Shown here piece by piece: positions 1 through 8,396 of a stretch of DNA of 64,000 nucleotides. The translations under genes were made by a program, and so were the position numbers. The stretch is from contig JANMDN010000044.1 in NCBI GenBank assembly GCA_031376285.1, positions 4,847-68,846 of the forward strand. The letters are read 5' to 3'. Each line of letters opens with the position of its first letter. Positions within the stretch are counted from its first letter, which is position 1. Under the pieces are notes generated by a model. The model saw only the letters and a list, made by a program, of their open reading frames with translations. It was not told the origin of the DNA and did no database searches. This stretch comes from Actinomycetes bacterium. GTDB lineage: Bacteria; Actinomycetota; Thermoleophilia; Miltoncostaeales; Miltoncostaeaceae.

Positions 1-406
1 CTGGCGGACTGCATTCGATCTGGTGGTCGAAGTCGCCGACGCCGACGCGGTCACGGCGCTCCGCCCCGACTTCCGCGCGCTCCAGGCGATCGACGCGCGC
101 GGGGTCATCGTCACCGCCGCAGGTCCGCCCGGTTCCGGAATCGACTTCGTCTCGCGATTCTTCGCCCCGTCGTTTGGCGTTCCCGAAGATCCCGTGACCG
201 GCTCGGCGCACTGCGCGCTCGGCCCGCTCTGGGCCGCACGCCTTGGCCGTAACGATCTCCTTGCCGAGCAGCGCTCCGCGCGCGGCGGGCGACTCACGCT
301 GACCTGCCGAGGCGACCGCGTGATCCTCACGGGGTCCGCGGTGACCGTCGCCCGGGGACGCATCTTTCCGCGGGGCACGCCGGGCAATCCTTCGCACAAC
401 GCTTAG
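1..406 (+). CDS. PhzF-family isomerase, C-terminal part (5' end outside window)
   Basis: Translation has DPVTGSAHCALGPLWA and a GGRLTL...VILTGSAVTV tail typical of the PhzF/YddE family. The frame is open to the window edge. Confidence 0.7.
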   Translation, partial: WRTAFDLVVEVADADAVTALRPDFRALQAIDARGVIVTAAGPPGSGIDFVSRFFAPSFGVPEDPVTGSAHCALGPLWAARLGRNDLLAEQRSARGGRLTLTCRGDRVILTGSAVTVARGRIFPRGTPGNPSHNA

Positions 407-492
407 AACGAATTGGGTCAAGTCTGGGCGTGGCCGGGTCGATGTATTCAACGACCGGGCAGTACCCCAAAACTCGACCACGGCGGGATCGC

Positions 493-933
493 ATGAAGGC
501 GAACCACACAACGCAGCTCATCCTTCCGAGCGGGCAGATCATCGAGCTGATCTACGTCGCACAGGGCGACGAGCCCGGCGACGAGATCACCCGCATGCTT
601 GAGAGCCTCCCAGACGCCGATCTCGTCGGCGGATGCGAGGAGGCAACCCTTCACTGCTGCGACGCGTGTGGAAGCGAGCTCGTCTACCCGGTGTGGTGGG
701 AGGAAGTCGATGACGAGACATGGGCCGTCGAACGCCGCTGCCCGAGCTGCGAATGGCGCCACATCGGTGAGTTCCGCCAAGGCGCCGTCGACCACTTCGA
801 TGACGTGCTGACCGACGGCACGGAGGAGCTCCTCCGTGCGCTCCGCGAGACCGCACGTACGAACATGGCCCACGATGTTGACCGACTCGTTGGGGCGATC
901 CATGACGGCCTGATCCAACCGATGGACTTCTAG
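493..933 (+). CDS. Hypothetical 4-Cys zinc-ribbon protein
   Basis: High-GC3 ORF with CDAC ... CPSC cysteine pairs followed by a helical tail. ATG at 493 chosen over the upstream start at 430. Confidence 0.5.
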   Translation: MKANHTTQLILPSGQIIELIYVAQGDEPGDEITRMLESLPDADLVGGCEEATLHCCDACGSELVYPVWWEEVDDETWAVERRCPSCEWRHIGEFRQGAVDHFDDVLTDGTEELLRALRETARTNMAHDVDRLVGAIHDGLIQPMDF

Positions 934-976
934 GCTGGTACTTGGCAGCCTCTCTGGGAGTCGCTGACCCAGACGC

Positions 977-1118
977 TTGAGTCCGAACTCTGGTTGCGAT
1001 CCGCTGGCTGCGACGCTTCGCGATTCGGGGTACTTGGTCGCCCACGTATTCCCGATATGCGGACCGACGCTGCGCTTGGTCTCGCTCAGCGACCCGATGC
1101 GCCACAATTCGGACTCAA
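977..1118. repeat. Family-1 conserved intergenic element, copy 1
   Basis: The core 977-1051 is about 83% identical (hand alignment) to the reverse complement of 20919-20994. In this copy an 11-bp helix, TTGAGTCCGAA (977-987) pairing with TTCGGACTCAA (1108-1118), encloses the element. Confidence 0.6.
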
Positions 1119-1141
1119 TCATCTGGAGAAGGAGCGAACCG

Positions 1142-1465
1142 GTGAATGAATGGTCCGCCGCCGACGCGCACGCGGCATGGGCTCGCGGCGACGTCTCAAT
1201 CGTTGACGTCCGAGAGCAAGTTGAGCATGACGCCTGTCGGGTCGCGGACGTACCGCTCGTACCCTTGAGCGAGCTGCCGACCCGCCTCGCGGGGCTCCCT
1301 GTCGGACGGCCGCTCATCGTGATGTGCCGGAGCGGTCAGCGCAGCGCGAGAGTGGTCGAGTACCTTGAGGGGATTGCCTGGCAGGACGAGGTCCACAACC
1401 TCGAAGGCGGCATTCTCGCGTGGGCGACCGCAGGGCTTCCATACGAGGGTGAAGCGCCCAGATAG
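1142..1465 (+). CDS. Single-domain rhodanese sulfurtransferase
   Basis: VDVRE ... active-site loop CRSGQRS ... GGILAW. GTG start 7 nt after GGAGAAGGAG. Confidence 0.8.
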   Translation: MNEWSAADAHAAWARGDVSIVDVREQVEHDACRVADVPLVPLSELPTRLAGLPVGRPLIVMCRSGQRSARVVEYLEGIAWQDEVHNLEGGILAWATAGLPYEGEAPR

Positions 1466-1613
1466 GGTTCGGGCGTGTCGGCACTCCGCCCGGTCACGGA
1501 GCGTCAATAAATCCCGCAAATCTGCGGATTTGTAACCGTTTCGTCCCTGCGCGTGTCCGTCCATCCGCGGCGCGCATGACGCGCGCCGTCAGACAATCGG
1601 GAGGAACGACCTC

Positions 1614-2933
1614 GTGTCTTCAATCGTCAACGAAATCCTCGACCTGCTCCCAGGCGAGCCGATGGATCTCATCGGAAAGGCCCTGGGTATTGATGGCGCC
1701 GGGGCCGACGTCGCCGCACAAGCCGCTGTTCCGACGCTGCTCGCCGGCCTCAACAGTCGCCTCGCCTCGCAGGACGGCCCTGGTGTCGTGCAGGGGCTCG
1801 TCCGCGACGCGGATCCCGGGCTCCTCGGGAACCTCGCCGGTTTCCTCAAGGGTGGCGATTTCTCGAAGGGCGCCGCCGCCATCGGGTCCATCTTCGGCAA
1901 CCGCCAGGGTGACGTCACCGACAGCCTTGAGAAGCACCTGTCACTCGGCAAAGGCGTCGGCGGAAAGCTCCTCGGAATGCTTGCGCCGATCGTGCTCAGC
2001 GCCCTGTCCAAGAAGGGCTTGAACATGGGCGGGCTGGTTGGTCTCCTTCGGGGCGCGCTTCCCGCGATCATGGGTGGGGGAGCCGGCAGCCTCATCAGCA
2101 AGCTGGGCTTTGCGGGTGGGCTCACGTCCACGGCCGCGGCGGCCGAAGTCGCGCCCGAAACGGTGCGCGAGGCGGTTCATCATCATGAGGCCGACGCCGT
2201 CCACGAGCGCAAGCGCGCGGGCATCTGGCCCCTGCTGACCGCACTGGTTCTCGGACTTGGTCTGCTGATCTTCGGTCTCAACGCCTGCAAGGACGACCCC
2301 AAGCCGGTCGCGGCCTCCACGGAGACCGCAACAACGACCGACTCAGCGGCGGCGGCGGCGGGAACGATCGTCGATGTCGCGACCGGAGCTGGCTCCTACG
2401 GGACGCTGCTTGGTCTTCTCGATTCGTCCGGGCTCTCGGCCGACCTGCAGGGTGCCGGGCCGTTTACGGTGCTTGCTCCCTCCGACGATGCCTTCGCCGG
2501 TGTCGACGCGGCCGCCCTCGACGCATTGACGGCTGATCCCGCGAAGCTGAAGGATGTGCTCCTGTCCCACGTCGTCTCCGGCACCCTGTCGGCGGCGGAC
2601 TTCACCGATGGGCAGCAGCTCAAGACGCTCGCCGGAACGGTCATCGATGTCGGTGTCGCTGATGGCACGGTGAGCTTCAACGGAGTCGACGTCGCGACGC
2701 CGGACATCGCCGCATCGAACGGCATCATCCACGGCCTTTCCGGTGTGATCCTCGACGCGAAGAAGCTCTCGACGGGCGCGGGTCTCGCGGCCGGCGTCGC
2801 CGGTGACTACGGACCGTGGCGCGTGCAGGCGTGGCGCGACAAGGTCTTCGGACGGCTCAAGGACGCAACGGCCGCTCGGGCTGAGAAGCTCGACGACTTC
2901 CAGGGCGGCTTCGGGATTCGCATCAACCCGTAG
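1614..2933 (+). CDS. DUF937-like N-terminal domain, one TM helix, fasciclin (FAS1) domain fusion protein
   Basis: Gly-rich DUF937-like N-terminus, TM segment IWPLLTALVLGLGLLIFGL, and FAS1 hallmarks GPFTVLAPSDDAF ... SHVV ... ASNGIIHGL. GTG start preceded by GGGAGGA. Confidence 0.75.
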   Translation: MSSIVNEILDLLPGEPMDLIGKALGIDGAGADVAAQAAVPTLLAGLNSRLASQDGPGVVQGLVRDADPGLLGNLAGFLKGGDFSKGAAAIGSIFGNRQGDVTDSLEKHLSLGKGVGGKLLGMLAPIVLSALSKKGLNMGGLVGLLRGALPAIMGGGAGSLISKLGFAGGLTSTAAAAEVAPETVREAVHHHEADAVHERKRAGIWPLLTALVLGLGLLIFGLNACKDDPKPVAASTETATTTDSAAAAAGTIVDVATGAGSYGTLLGLLDSSGLSADLQGAGPFTVLAPSDDAFAGVDAAALDALTADPAKLKDVLLSHVVSGTLSAADFTDGQQLKTLAGTVIDVGVADGTVSFNGVDVATPDIAASNGIIHGLSGVILDAKKLSTGAGLAAGVAGDYGPWRVQAWRDKVFGRLKDATAARAEKLDDFQGGFGIRINP

Positions 2934-2941
2934 CATCTTCG

Positions 2942-2985
2942 GCGACACCATCTTTCGGAACTCGCCTTCCGGGAGATGGTGTCGC
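2942..2985. terminator. Bidirectional hairpin terminator between convergent genes
   Basis: 19-bp stem GCGACACCATCTTTCGGAA / TTCCGGGAGATGGTGTCGC (two G-U pairs) with a 6-nt loop, lying between the 3' ends of the 1614-2933 gene (+) and the 3034-3309 gene (-). Confidence 0.6.
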
Positions 2986-3033
2986 TGCTCTTCTGGCCGC
3001 TGCGAGATCGACGCGAAACGCCCAGGCCGGCTG

Positions 3034-3309
3034 TCAGGTCTGAAGGATCGAGTTGTTCTCGTGGGTCGGTCCGCCGTCCTCGTTTCGCCACCCTCCACCG
3101 TCAAGGAGGTAGCGGAACTGGAAGCTCGCCTCGACAGGCAGGTCGATTGTGGTCTGCAGTCGGCCGTCTCTCAGCTGGCGCATCGGATGGGCGTGCGCGT
3201 CCCAGCCGTTGAAGTCGCCGACAACCGACGCTGCCGTGATCCCTGGCTCGTCAAGCTCGAACGTCACCTTGCAGACCGGCCGCGTCTTGAGTGTGCGCTG
3301 CTTGATCAT
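3034..3309 (-). CDS. Small CBM48 / AMPK-type glycogen-binding domain protein
   Basis: VVGDFNGWD ... FQFRYLLDGGGW motif. ATG at 3309 preceded by GGAGGAAGGA. Confidence 0.75.
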   Translation of the reverse strand: MIKQRTLKTRPVCKVTFELDEPGITAASVVGDFNGWDAHAHPMRQLRDGRLQTTIDLPVEASFQFRYLLDGGGWRNEDGGPTHENNSILQT

Positions 3310-3467
3310 GTTGTCCTTCCTCCATCCGATGGACGCCGCAATCCAGACACTATTCCGGCAGTGGTGCGCCCGGCAATACCCGATTGCGGGTGATCTCGCG
3401 AACTGATTGGCCACCTGGCCAAACGCGGGGCGGGCGGCCGAACGACCGTGACGAAGTTGGCACACCG

Positions 3468-3532
3468 GTCGCGTGCGGCGACACAGTCCTCACCGCTACC
3501 CTAGAACGTGGGAGGTGGTCCGGGGTGGCCCC
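3468..3532. repeat. Family-2 element, copy A (hairpin GTCGC-N5-GCGAC plus 38-nt G-rich core)
   Basis: Core GCTACCCTAGAACGTGGGAGGTGGTCCGGGGTGGCCCC at 3495-3532 matches 36549-36585 and 56820-56855. It overlaps the last codons and the stop of the radical-SAM gene. Confidence 0.65.
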
Positions 3533-4665
3533 AAAGGGACGAGGCTCCGGGCGCCGCCGCAAGCGGCTGAGAAGCGGCGGATCGTGCGGTAGGCCGTGTC
3601 GCGCTGAACGGCACGTCGGCCGGTCGCTTCGATCGCGGAGACCATTCGTTCGGTGTCGAGCCGAAAGGCCGTGCCGGCGGCTCGGACGACGTTCTCCTCG
3701 ATCATGATCGAGCCCATGTCGTCGCAGCCGAACTCCAATGCCAGCTGGCCGATCCGCAGGCCTTGGGTCACCCAGGAACTCTGGAAGTGGTCGAAGTTAT
3801 CGAGATAGAGGCGACTCACGGCGAGCATCATCAGGTAGTCGGCCGCGGTCGTGCCCATGTGGTCGTCGCCTCGAACGCTGCCGCCACCGGACTGGTAGCT
3901 CCAGCACACGAACGCTCGGAAGCCCGGCACTTCGTCTTGAAGCTCGCGGAGACGGCGAAGGTGCTCGACGCGCTCCTCGGGGGTGTCGACGGTGCCGTAC
4001 ATCATCGTCGCCGACGTCGAGAGCCCCTGCAGGTGCGCCGCGCGCATGACACCCAACCACTCGTCGGTGGTCGTCTTTCGCGGCGCGATGATGTCCCGCA
4101 CGCGGTCAACGAGGATCTCTGCGCCGCCGCCGGGGATGGAGTCAAGCCCGGCCGCCCGCAGCCGCTCAATCGTCTCGGCCAGGTCGAGCTTCGAGTAGAG
4201 CGCGATGTGGAGCACCTCGGACGGCGAGAGCGCGTGCAGATGGATCGGATACCGAGCCTTGATCTCTCGAAAAAGGTCCTCGTACCAGTCGATGCGAAGG
4301 CCCGGGTGGTGCCCCCCTTGGAGGAGCAGCGCGGTCCCGCCGAGGTCGAGTGTCTCCTCGATCTTCCGGAAGATCACCGACTTCGGTAGGACGTAGCCCT
4401 CCGGGTCCTTCGGGTGGCGGTAGAAGGCGCAGAAGTCGCAGTCGGTGACGCAGAAGTTCGTGTAGTTGACGTTCCGATCGACGATGAACGTGACCTCATC
4501 GTTGTTGGTCGTTCTCGCCCGCGCGCGCTGAGCAGCCGCGCCGACCGACAGGAGATCGCCGGACGCGAGAAGGGCGAGCGCGTCGCCGTCGGAGATTCGC
4601 TCGCCGTCGTTTGCTCGGGTGAGCGCGTCGGTGTAGGCCCGGCCCGGGTGCAGGGTGGTCGTCAT
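3496..4665 (-). CDS. Radical-SAM menaquinone (futalosine pathway) enzyme, MqnC or MqnE type
   Basis: CVTDCDFCAF cluster motif; FGCDDMGSIMIEENV tail typical of the MqnC/MqnE/CofH clade; 4-nt overlap with mqnA. Confidence 0.85.
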   Translation of the reverse strand: MTTTLHPGRAYTDALTRANDGERISDGDALALLASGDLLSVGAAAQRARARTTNNDEVTFIVDRNVNYTNFCVTDCDFCAFYRHPKDPEGYVLPKSVIFRKIEETLDLGGTALLLQGGHHPGLRIDWYEDLFREIKARYPIHLHALSPSEVLHIALYSKLDLAETIERLRAAGLDSIPGGGAEILVDRVRDIIAPRKTTTDEWLGVMRAAHLQGLSTSATMMYGTVDTPEERVEHLRRLRELQDEVPGFRAFVCWSYQSGGGSVRGDDHMGTTAADYLMMLAVSRLYLDNFDHFQSSWVTQGLRIGQLALEFGCDDMGSIMIEENVVRAAGTAFRLDTERMVSAIEATGRRAVQRDTAYRTIRRFSAACGGARSLVPLGPPRTTSHVLG

Positions 4666-5474
4666 GCGGCCTGCCTTGGGATCTGTGGCAGCGTGTCCAG
4701 CTCTCCGGCCGCTCGCGCCCGCTCACAGAACGCGGAGAGTCCGTCGATCTCGGCGCGACCAAAGCCGTAGCGCAGGCGGGCAAAGTAGCGCTCGATCTCC
4801 TCAGGCGGGAACCCAAACCGATGGACGGCCGCGTCGATGACCGGCCGTGGGTTCTGCGCGTACGCCGCTCGAGCCTCGCGCAGGAGATCTGCGACGGCGC
4901 CAACCTCGCTCGCTCGTTCGCGCGCAACCTCGTCGCGGACGGCCCACACCGCGAAGACCATCGGAAGACCCGTTTCCTGCGTCCACCGTGCTCCGAGATC
5001 GGTCGAAAACGGCGCGAAACCGGCGCGCAGGTCGCGGAGCGCCTCGTCGGCGATTACGAGTGCGCCATCGACATGGTCGAGGGCTTCGGAGGCAGGACCG
5101 CGCAACGTCTCGAACCGAACCGACGGGCCGATCAGCACACGAAGAAGCGCGACCGAGCTTGCGCTGTGCGGGGTCACGGCAACGGTCTTCACCGCGTCGA
5201 ACGGCACTCTGGAAAAGAGCTGAATCGAGTCGACGGCCCCGGCGGCGGTGATCGAGGCCACGGGGAGCAATCGAAGCTCGTCGCTATGGCGCGCGTACGT
5301 GATGCTGGACACGGCCGACAGATCCAGCTCGTTGGCCAGGAGTGCCGTGTTGAGGGTGGTGGGGAGTCCGTCGGTGAACTTCAGGTGTCGGCCACTCGGG
5401 CCCTCGAGGTGATGGTAGATCGGATACATGTTGAGGGCGCTGATTCGCCCGACGCGCAGCGGGGGCCGTGTCAT
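4662..5474 (-). CDS. mqnA: Chorismate dehydratase MqnA
   Basis: Periplasmic-binding-protein-like fold signature: RVGRISALNMYPIYHHL ... LPMVFAVWAVR. Operon context with the other mqn genes. Confidence 0.85.
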   Translation of the reverse strand: MTRPPLRVGRISALNMYPIYHHLEGPSGRHLKFTDGLPTTLNTALLANELDLSAVSSITYARHSDELRLLPVASITAAGAVDSIQLFSRVPFDAVKTVAVTPHSASSVALLRVLIGPSVRFETLRGPASEALDHVDGALVIADEALRDLRAGFAPFSTDLGARWTQETGLPMVFAVWAVRDEVARERASEVGAVADLLREARAAYAQNPRPVIDAAVHRFGFPPEEIERYFARLRYGFGRAEIDGLSAFCERARAAGELDTLPQIPRQAA

Positions 5475-6010
5475 CGCTCAACCGCCCGGCGCCCGACGGC
5501 CGCGGCGAGGTGGGCCGGATCGGTCCGGTCTCCCTCGGGCAGCACCCAGTCGTTTGCGCCGAAGGCAACCGCGACCTGGCAAAGCGACGCGCCGAGACGC
5601 TCCCACGAGGGTCGCACCCACACGACGTCGGGCAGCGCGTGACGGCACGCGGCGATGACGGCGAGATCCTGAACACCCCACGATCCAGGCGAGCCGTCCG
5701 CGGGAACCGGGCAGACCGCGCGGAGCTTGCCGCTCCCCGCCTGCAACTCGGCCAGCTCGAGCAATCGATCGGCGGTCGCCTCTGCGGGAACGGCCGTCCC
5801 GTAGAGAACCGTTGCCTCGCTCGGCAGTCCCGACTCGTGCGCGCGGCGATGATCCTCGACTCGTCCCTCGATCGCCCCGTCGTCGATGAGGCCGCCCGAC
5901 CGGGGCTTGCGCGTCCAGGTGACGGGCTCGTTCAGGTCCAGCGAAAGGCTCGCCGCAGCGCCCACTGGATCAGTCGCGCGGATCATCTCGATGAGCTCGT
6001 CGCGGGTCAT
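5471..6010 (-). CDS. Hypothetical protein resembling only the C-terminal half of MqnC/MqnE
   Basis: LLELAELQAGSG ... QVAVAFGANDW parallels the LRELQ ... ALxFGxDD region of the neighbouring radical-SAM enzyme. There is no CxxxCxxC motif. 4-nt overlaps at both ends. Confidence 0.5.
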   Translation of the reverse strand: MTRDELIEMIRATDPVGAAASLSLDLNEPVTWTRKPRSGGLIDDGAIEGRVEDHRRAHESGLPSEATVLYGTAVPAEATADRLLELAELQAGSGKLRAVCPVPADGSPGSWGVQDLAVIAACRHALPDVVWVRPSWERLGASLCQVAVAFGANDWVLPEGDRTDPAHLAAAVGRRAVER

Positions 6011-7032
6011 GCGAACCGGTCCACCACGCCATCGGCGATGCTCATCAACGTCTCTTGGTGGACACCGTCGAGCGGCGCGTCGATCGCGGCTCGCGCTGCC
6101 GCCACGAACCCGAGGGCTTGGTCTCGTGCCTCGACCACACCCTGATGGGTTGCAAGTCGGTCACACAGGGGCTCGACACCCGTTCCGTTGCCGGCGGTCG
6201 CGACAAGGTGCGCAAGACTGGGCTCTGCGCGCAGCGCGAGAATCACCGGCAGCGTGATCGTGCCGCCGAGGAGATCGGTGCCCCGACGCTTCCCAGTCGC
6301 GGCGGGTGAGCCGGCAATGTCGAGAATGTCGTCGAAGATCTGAAAGGCCACCCCGACGTGCTCGCCAAACGCGCCGAGCCGATCCTGCGTCTCACGGCTG
6401 GCGCCACCGAGGAGCGCCCCGAGCCGGCAGGACGCGGAGAAGAGGGCCGACGTCTTGCGCCGACATCGGGCGAGGTAGGCATCCTCGGTCAGCGAGAGGT
6501 CAAACGCAGCGCGTTGCTGATCAAGCTCACCTCGGGACAGGTCGAGCGCCGCCGCGGCGAGTACCTCGACCGCTTCGGGTTCGCCGGCGCGGGTGAGCTC
6601 GGAAAACGCCCGTGCAAACAGGAAATCGCCCACCTGCACGGCCCGTTCAGGACCCCTCGCCGCGGCCACTGTCGGCCGGCCTCGGCGGATTGTCGCCCCG
6701 TCGAGGAGGTCGTCGTGCACGAGCGTCGCCATGTGCACCAGCTCGACGGAAACAGCGGCCGACACGAGTGCGGTGCGGTTCTCGCTTCGACGCGGGGCAC
6801 TGCAAAACACGAGGAGCGGGCGCAGCCGCTTTCCTCCCGCCGAAAGCGTCTCTGCCGCTGGTTCGCTCATCGCGACTCCGTGACCGGCAACGACGACCGA
6901 CAGGCGCTCTTCGCACGCCGCAAGCTCGCGGCGCCGATCGCGGACCAGCCGGAGCGTGCCCTTCTGGAGGGTGGCGATTAGATGACCCTCCCGTAGTGCA
7001 GCGCAACCATGCCGCCCGCAAACGTCCGCCAC
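6007..7032 (-). CDS. Long-chain trans-polyprenyl diphosphate synthase (hepta/octaprenyl type)
   Basis: FARM motif LVHDDLLDG and SARM motif FQIFDDILD. The start is uncertain: the only canonical start overlaps ubiE by 55 nt. Confidence 0.85.
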   Translation of the reverse strand: MADVCGRHGCAALREGHLIATLQKGTLRLVRDRRRELAACEERLSVVVAGHGVAMSEPAAETLSAGGKRLRPLLVFCSAPRRSENRTALVSAAVSVELVHMATLVHDDLLDGATIRRGRPTVAAARGPERAVQVGDFLFARAFSELTRAGEPEAVEVLAAAALDLSRGELDQQRAAFDLSLTEDAYLARCRRKTSALFSASCRLGALLGGASRETQDRLGAFGEHVGVAFQIFDDILDIAGSPAATGKRRGTDLLGGTITLPVILALRAEPSLAHLVATAGNGTGVEPLCDRLATHQGVVEARDQALGFVAAARAAIDAPLDGVHQETLMSIADGVVDRFA

Positions 7033-7682
7033 GCAACCGATCGAAGCCCGGCTGCGGCGAGGTGCGCGGCAAGCGCTGGTGGAGTGGGGAACCGCTTCGC
7101 CGATGCTGGGAGGTACTGGTACGCGGCCCCGTCGCTTCCAACCAAGCGACCGAGACCGGGAACGACCCGGTCAAACCAGGTTCCGTACAGCGCCCTCAGA
7201 TGCCGGGGGACCGTGATGTCGAGGACGACAACCCGACCACCGGGTCGGACAACGCGCGTCAACTCGGCAAGCCCTAGGTCGAGGTCGGCGAAGTTTCGGG
7301 CGCCGAACCCGACCGTCGCCGCATCGAAGTGGTTGCTTGCAAACGGCAGGTCAAGTGCGTCCCCTTGCAGGAGATCGATCGGCCGCCCCAAAACCTTCGG
7401 GCGGGCGAGCGCGAGCATCTCCTCGGCGAAATCAAGCGCCACCACGCGGCCCGCCGGGCCGACGCGACTCGCGAGATCGAGGGCGAGGTCGGCCGTTCCG
7501 GTACAGCAGTCGAGCACGCGGTCGCCGGCGGCGACGTCAGCCGCTGCGGCCGCTGCGCGCCGCCAGCGCCCGTCGAGGCCCGCGCTCATGATGCGGTTCA
7601 TCCGGTCGTAGCGCGGCGCGAGCCGATTGAACATCGCGCGCACCTCGACGGCCGGGAGTGTCCCGGTCGCCTTGGTCATCAT
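6978..7682 (-). CDS. ubiE: Demethylmenaquinone methyltransferase (UbiE/MenG)
   Basis: FNRLAPRYDRMN ... VLDCCTGTADLA ... VRPGGRVVVLD, a class I SAM methyltransferase of the UbiE family. Confidence 0.9.
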   Translation of the reverse strand: MMTKATGTLPAVEVRAMFNRLAPRYDRMNRIMSAGLDGRWRRAAAAAADVAAGDRVLDCCTGTADLALDLASRVGPAGRVVALDFAEEMLALARPKVLGRPIDLLQGDALDLPFASNHFDAATVGFGARNFADLDLGLAELTRVVRPGGRVVVLDITVPRHLRALYGTWFDRVVPGLGRLVGSDGAAYQYLPASAKRFPTPPALAAHLAAAGLRSVAWRTFAGGMVALHYGRVI

Positions 7683-8302
7683 CTGGCAGCCTCCGTCGTT
7701 TCGCCCCAGCGCCGGATCAGGTCGTGTTCGACGCCGATCTGGTCAAGGGCCTTGCCGACAACGAAGTCGACGAGATCGTCCATTCCTCGGGGAATGCCAT
7801 AGAAGCCTGGCATTGCGGGAAGGACGATCGCCCCCGCGCGCGTCACGGTGAGCATGTTCTCGATGTGGACGACGCTGAGCGGCGTCTCGCGGGGCATGAG
7901 CACGAGCATGCGACGCTCCTTGAGCATCACGTCGCAGGCGCGATGGATCAGGTTTGAGCCGGTTCCGTGCGCGACCGCCGCAAGGGTCGACATCGAGCAC
8001 GGGGCGACGATCGCGGCGGGCGCTCTCGACGAGCCCGAGGCGAACGGGGCGGTGAGGTCGTACAGGTCGAGCACCACAACGGTGCCGGCGGGGTCGGCGT
8101 AGCGATCGACGAGGCGTCCTGCCGCTTCCGGTATCGAAAGCGTCGGCTTCGGGCCGAGTTCGAAGATCTCGTGCCCGATGACCTGTGCTCCGGCGCCACT
8201 CAGGCAGAGCCCGACCTCGCACCCCGCGCGCGTCAGCGCAGCGAGCGTTCTCGCCCCGTAGATCGCGCCGCTTGCGCCGGTGATGCCAAGGAATACACGC
8301 AT
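7679..8302 (-). CDS. ubiX: Flavin prenyltransferase UbiX
   Basis: MRVFLGITGASGAIYG ... APCSMSTLAAVAHG ... PAMPGFY. Confidence 0.9.
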   Translation of the reverse strand: MRVFLGITGASGAIYGARTLAALTRAGCEVGLCLSGAGAQVIGHEIFELGPKPTLSIPEAAGRLVDRYADPAGTVVVLDLYDLTAPFASGSSRAPAAIVAPCSMSTLAAVAHGTGSNLIHRACDVMLKERRMLVLMPRETPLSVVHIENMLTVTRAGAIVLPAMPGFYGIPRGMDDLVDFVVGKALDQIGVEHDLIRRWGETTEAAR

Positions 8303-8337
8303 CTCAAGTTGATCGTAGACGGCGCCCGCCACGCGAA

Positions 8338-8365
8338 ACGGGGTCCGGCGTCATCGGGACCCCGT
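8338..8365 (-). terminator. Hairpin after qcrC
   Basis: ACGGGGTCC / GGACCCCGT 9-bp stem, followed on the minus strand by TTTCG, 32 nt downstream of the qcrC stop. Confidence 0.45.
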
Positions 8366-8396
8366 CTGCTGGGCAGTCAGTCAGCGGCTCGAGGGA

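Noticed and set aside
977-1051. Identification of Family-1 as a ydaO/c-di-AMP riboswitch
   Set aside because: Only short strings (CCGAATC, GAATC) match my memory of the consensus. The conserved GGGGACCC / GGGGUGAAUCC elements are missing, so it remains unclassified pending cmsearch.
448-1317. 289-aa minus-strand ORF spanning the zinc-ribbon gene, the Family-1 element and part of the rhodanese gene
   Set aside because: It is Arg/Ser/Ala-rich with no recognisable motif, and it is antisense to two ORFs with good codon bias. Its similarity to ORF 20818-21045 (ESRSVAASGS) comes from the shared nucleotide repeat, not from a protein family.
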